From Monocercomonoides exilis PA203 (Eukaryota > Protista > Preaxostyla), in NCBI GenBank assembly GCA_001643675.2, contig LSRY02000003.1, positions 372,001 through 436,000 of the forward strand: 64,000 nt of DNA, written 5' to 3'. Of this stretch, positions 59,501 through 64,000 are shown piece after piece. Within the stretch, counting starts at the first letter, position 1. Every line of letters starts with the position of its first letter. A model generated the notes under the pieces. That model did not search any database and had not been told where the DNA came from. It saw only the letters and a program-made list of their open reading frames with translations. Made by a program: the position numbers and the translations under genes.

Positions 59501-60095
59501 CAGTTCTGTTTCTCCTTATCTTCTTTTTTCACCGGCAGTTGTGAAGATGCTGAATGAAGCAGTGGAATCTGCGAAGGAGGCAAGACTGAAAGCAGAACAA
59601 GAGGAAGAGCAGAGGAGGAAGAAGAGGAAGAAGCGGAAGGAGAGTCAGGAGTCGAGCAATGCTGATGGATTAAGGAAGTCGAAAGAAAGAGAAAGAGAAG
59701 AAAGAGATGAAAGTTCGCTCTCCAATTCCAGTTCAAGTGAGAGCAGTGTTAGCATTTGGTTTAAAAGTGACAGAGAGAAAGAGGAAATGGAAGATGGAGG
59801 AGAAGGAGAAGAAGAAGGGAGAGAAGGAGATGAAGAAGAAGAAGAAGAAGAAGAAGACGATGATTCAGAGGAAAGCTATGCAGAATCAGAAAATGTAGTT
59901 TCTCGCAGGATTGAAGTAGAGTTGGAAGAGAAAAACAGATTGAATGTTTCGTATTTTGATAGAGAAGAAGAAGAAGTGAAGGAAAAAGTTGTGCAACGTG
60001 AAGAAATAATTTTGATAGACGAGGAACAGAAAAAAGCGATTGAGCAGAAAAGATTGGACCGAAAGTGGATGAAGATGTCTGGTTATTATCCTTGA
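53597..60095 (+). CDS. BCH/CRAL-TRIO (Sec14-like) + degenerate RhoGAP protein (ARHGAP1/8-like architecture), ~1955 aa, 5 exons
   Basis: Exons 53597-53854, 53929-54415, 54477-54575, 54727-58331 and 58677-60095 total 5,868 nt in frame. IYIAGNDKRGNPVVVI and FYKKLP..FKSKLHF..ELDQIIAPEELRL match BCH. RhoGAP-like helices are scattered downstream. Confidence 0.72.
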
Positions 60096-60552
60096 AGTTT
60101 GAAATAATTGAAGTGAAGATGAAGAATTAATCGAAAGAAATGTGTTTGAACGAAACAATGAGAGTTCATATTTATTTAAATGATGTCAGCGAAAATTACA
60201 AAGTATTTATTATGAACATTAATCCAGGGAAAGAGGAAATAAAAATGAAAGCAAAGAAATTAAGGAGAATACTTGAATTTGTTAAATAAGAGAGAAATAA
60301 CTTATTTTTTATGAAGAATTTCTGTTTTAAGAAGAAACAGAAATTTTCGTTATTTAATTATTTTTAACTTGTTGTATGAATTTGTTAAATATTTATATTT
60401 TCGTATTTTGCACAATAGCTTTATCTCCTTGTTATATTTGAGAATTTTCTGCCTTCTTTTCTGTTTAAAAAACATTGATTTTTCAATCAATATGTGAAAT
60501 GAGTATAAAGACTTTAACTTTTTGAAAAGAAATAAACACCAGAAAAAGAAGT

Positions 60553-61212
60553 TCATCCTTGATCTACTGATCCTGATTGAAGCTTTTTCAGTATTTTATT
60601 AACTCTAACTTTCATAAGTGGTTGACCTTTTTTATTTTTCAATTTGTATTTTGATGCTTCCTTTTTCCTCCGTTTCTGGGCTTCTTCCTTAATTTTTTGA
60701 ATTTTTTCAAACTTTTTTTGTTTTTCCTCCTTTTCTTTTTCAATAATACTCCTTTTTGCTTCATATTGTTTCCTTGCTTTTGCGTATGGATCAGGTTTTT
60801 TTGTTAATGGTTTTTTCGGTTTTTCTCGAATAGTTTCTTTTGTAACTAGAAATAGTGGATATAATTTTAAATATAGATCATTGAGAATTAATTTATCTAT
60901 AATGTTGAGCGAAAACCTGGTAATGGAACGGTTTTTATTAAGTCGATTGTTCTTCCAGGTTCTTTAATTTCAACATTTTCAGAATTTGTAAATATTTTAT
61001 CATATAATGTTGGACGGCCAGAATGGCTCGATTTTTCTTGTTCCATTTGTTTTTTGACAGCCTTATAAGCACGAAGTCTTCTATACTTCAAGATGGCTGC
61101 TTTCTGTTCTAAAAATTGCATAGGCAATAGTTATTAATTATATGCTGAATGTAGAATAAATTTGAAAACCTTTTCTCTGCCTGTATCTTTGCTGTGGCCC
61201 TGTTTTAACCAT
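60553..61212 (-). CDS. FYV7: Fyv7/TAP26 (CCDC59)-family rRNA-processing protein, 175 aa, 3 exons
   Basis: Exons 61212-61170, 61108-60917 and 60845-60553. Basic coiled-coil ending KNKKGQPLMKVRVNKILKKLQ, the family's GQPxM..i..lL.Ki signature. Confidence 0.82.
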
Positions 61213-61269
61213 GAAAACAAATAACAATTTTGATCAACTACATACTTTTTTGTTTATGATCAATATTTT

Positions 61270-64000
61270 TTATTCCTTTTTTTGATATGGCATGAAAAAT
61301 GAATGAAGTTCATTCATAAATGCTTTTATTGGCATAGCGGATGGCCAATATCGTTTCATTTCATTGATGCTAAGATTTATGAAAGAAATAAAAATAAAAA
61401 TAAAAATAAAAATAAAATTAAAAATGAAATTAAAAAGAAAATTTTTTTTAAAAATTGAAATAAAAATGCAAACGCTTTTGTAAAATCCATCTTTGTAAAT
61501 GAATAATTGAGCATCCATTCTTGTGAAAATCCCTCATTATCTTTGGCATCTGAAGCAGTAAGTTCGGGCCTGAGCTGTTTATTTTCGTCAAATAAAGCAA
61601 CCATCGCCGCCAAGCCAACACAAACGCTTCTGTTAATTCCTAAAATGAAACAAACAAAGGATATGTTGAACAGCAGGAGAAAAATTTGTCATAATTTTGA
61701 AAAACATTCAGGATAAAAAATAAAATAAAATAAAATATCTCAATTGAGAAAAATTTTTGTATTGATTTTGAGGTAGTTTCTTAATTATACCTTGAGTGCA
61801 ATGAATCAAAATCCGATGATGCTGTCTCAAGTGAATTGAGCAAAACTGCAGCGCAATGGGAAGCGAAGAGGCCAAGTCGTGTCTGCCTTTCTTGCTTTCA
61901 TTCACAGGAAGATGGAGATATGATGGCAGGGGCGGGCGTGCTTGTGATGAAGTTGATGGCTTTTCTGTTGAGCTTTCTTCTTCTGCTGTTGAACTGAGTA
62001 AGTGTGTATTCTTTACAAAGATTGCTGCTAAAGAAGGGAAGTTTGATGAGATCCATTCATTTGACTCTGATTCCAATGGAAGCATCTCGTCAAATTGTTG
62101 TTCTCGCATGTTGATAATGGCATCAAAATTGTTCCAGCATTCAGGTGGTTTGCCTGATGTAAAAAAATAAATGATAACAGAGATAATCGCATTGAAGAAT
62201 ATGGAATAATAAACAGAAAACACATAAATATTTATAGGCACATACAAAGAACTCAATAAAAAAATAAAAAAGAAAAATCATAAAAAGCATTTCCAAATCA
62301 CGAAAGTTAAAAAGCAGTGGGATAAAATGTTTCGATGAATTAAACCAAAAAAAAACCGATCCAAATTAAATAGCCTACCTGCCCATTGATCGCCTATTGC
62401 AACGCCAGTATTTCCAATAAAGGCAAAATGTGATTTTTTGCCAGAAGCAAAGCTTTCTCCTTCGCCTGAAGAAAGTGAATATGAAGGCTCAGAGCTAAAA
62501 CAGATAACATTGAATGGTTAAAGCATGCAGTTGATATAAAAAATTTTGAGAAAAAAAAAGTTATTCCATTGAAAATTATCCATTAATGCAAGAATGTGAA
62601 TAAAAATAAAATATTTAATAGAAGAATAAAGACAAAATCAAATTTTGTGTGTATTTTTGAGAAAAATTAACAATGTCAATGAAATAAACCTTTGCTTCTC
62701 TTTCTCTTCTGCCACGATTCTTTCAACAATCTCGCGGCACTTCGATTTATGAGCAAGTATTTCGTCTCTGTGCTTCCAAAACATCTCGTGAGTCAGTCCT
62801 TTTGCCCAAGTTTCTTCGTCATCGGCGGCTCCTGGAAGATAACTAGATGAATGAAGAATTAGAAATATGAATATCATCAAAAAGAAAGATAAATAAAATC
62901 ATATAAAATTAAGAAGGAACTGAAAAAAAAGGAATAAGAAATAGAAACAAACTGAAATGGAACTCCATCTCGCCTTTGATAAGCAGTGTCTGGAATACTC
63001 GCTCGATTCCAATATTGTTTTTCCTTTTCTGCCTTGTGTGCTGCTGAACTCAAAGCATCTTCTCCTTCTTTTTTCTCATTTTCCTTTGTTTCTTCTGTTG
63101 CTTTGCACTCACAATCAGCGCTAGGCTTTGAGTAAGAAGGCTTTGAGACAGACAGAAGGACGATGGGGATGAGGTTGTGCTGTTTGCAGTGAGAGAAAAA
63201 AGACTGGTGCAAAAGCGGGCGGTTTGGAGACAGCCACTCGCAGCAAAGATAAAATGGACAGTTTGGCTCTAATAATTCTGGGGGGAATGACAATGAGGAT
63301 GATATTGACTGAATGTTTTGGTTAAAGAAAGAAAGAAAGAAAAAAGAGAGAGAGAGAGAGAAGGAAAAAATAGTGCAGAAGAAATGAAATGAAAATTATT
63401 CAAAAATAAACAAGAAAAATGTACGTTTTGAACAAAAAATAAAAGAAAAGAATTGAAAAAAAACTATTAGTTATTTTCTATCACACCATTACATCGTCAA
63501 CCCAACTATCCAATTTTGAGCATATGAGAGAATGCTCATTTAACGAAATCGATGGCGGAAGATGCAGCATCAGGGGATCGAAAGGAGGAGAAGGAAGAGG
63601 AAGGAATTCTTGAACAACAAAATGTGAGTAATCAAGAAGCGGATCATAACACGAAGGAGGAGATGCACAATAAATTGAAGAGGCAATTGAAGACGAAGAA
63701 GAAAACGATGATGAAGACGAAGACGGAGACGAAGATGAAGATGGAGATGGAGATGGAGATGGAGACGAGGTCGAGGTCGACGATGAAGTTGAAGTTGAAA
63801 TTGAAGTTGAAATTGAATCTTTTGCAAATGGCTGCTTTAGTTCCAATTCTTCAGCATCAGACAATTCATCACCATCTTCACTCGCATCAAATGTGATGAA
63901 GTCGCTCAAGTCAGAACTATCTTCAGATGGCAATTTTTCTTCAACTGTTTTGCTATCATCAAGCATTTCAGGCTTTTCATGTGGGAGTTTTCCTTTGAAA
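61270..64000 (-). CDS. RIT1: Initiator tRNA A64 2'-O-ribosylphosphate transferase (5' part outside window), multi-exon
   Basis: Motifs LHLPPSISLNEHSLI..LDSWV and YLPGAADDEETWAKGLT..FW, plus a C-terminal DUSP-like domain (SKKGRHDL..LP..ILIHCTQGINRS..). Stop at 61270. Confidence 0.88.

Overview
This is eukaryotic protist DNA, not prokaryotic. It has AT-rich intergenic spacers, long microsatellites, short GT-AG introns and the standard genetic code, and its proteins are inflated by poly-Ser and Glu/Lys tracts. The style best fits an oxymonad such as Monocercomonoides (inference). Housekeeping genes reconstructed by hand across introns: an 11-exon Ariadne RBR E3 ligase, a 25-aa ribosomal protein eL41 missed by the ORF track, a ~5,560-aa protein with an N-terminal CH-like domain, a BCH/CRAL-TRIO + degenerate RhoGAP protein, Fyv7/TAP26, and RIT1 (truncated by the window end). 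The most striking feature is a family of intronless, modular surface receptors: signal peptide, C-rich tract, variable beta-helix head, CG..PC-delimited stalk modules, TM helix and a C-lobe-only pseudokinase. Two intact copies face each other as an ~8 kb inverted duplication. They differ by precise in-frame module gain or loss and by a divergent head. A startless third copy carries only a head that looks like a mosaic of the other two, and a fourth copy is a decayed relic. This suggests recombination-driven diversification of a surface-receptor repertoire. All alignments and splice models were made by eye and need computational or RNA-seq confirmation.
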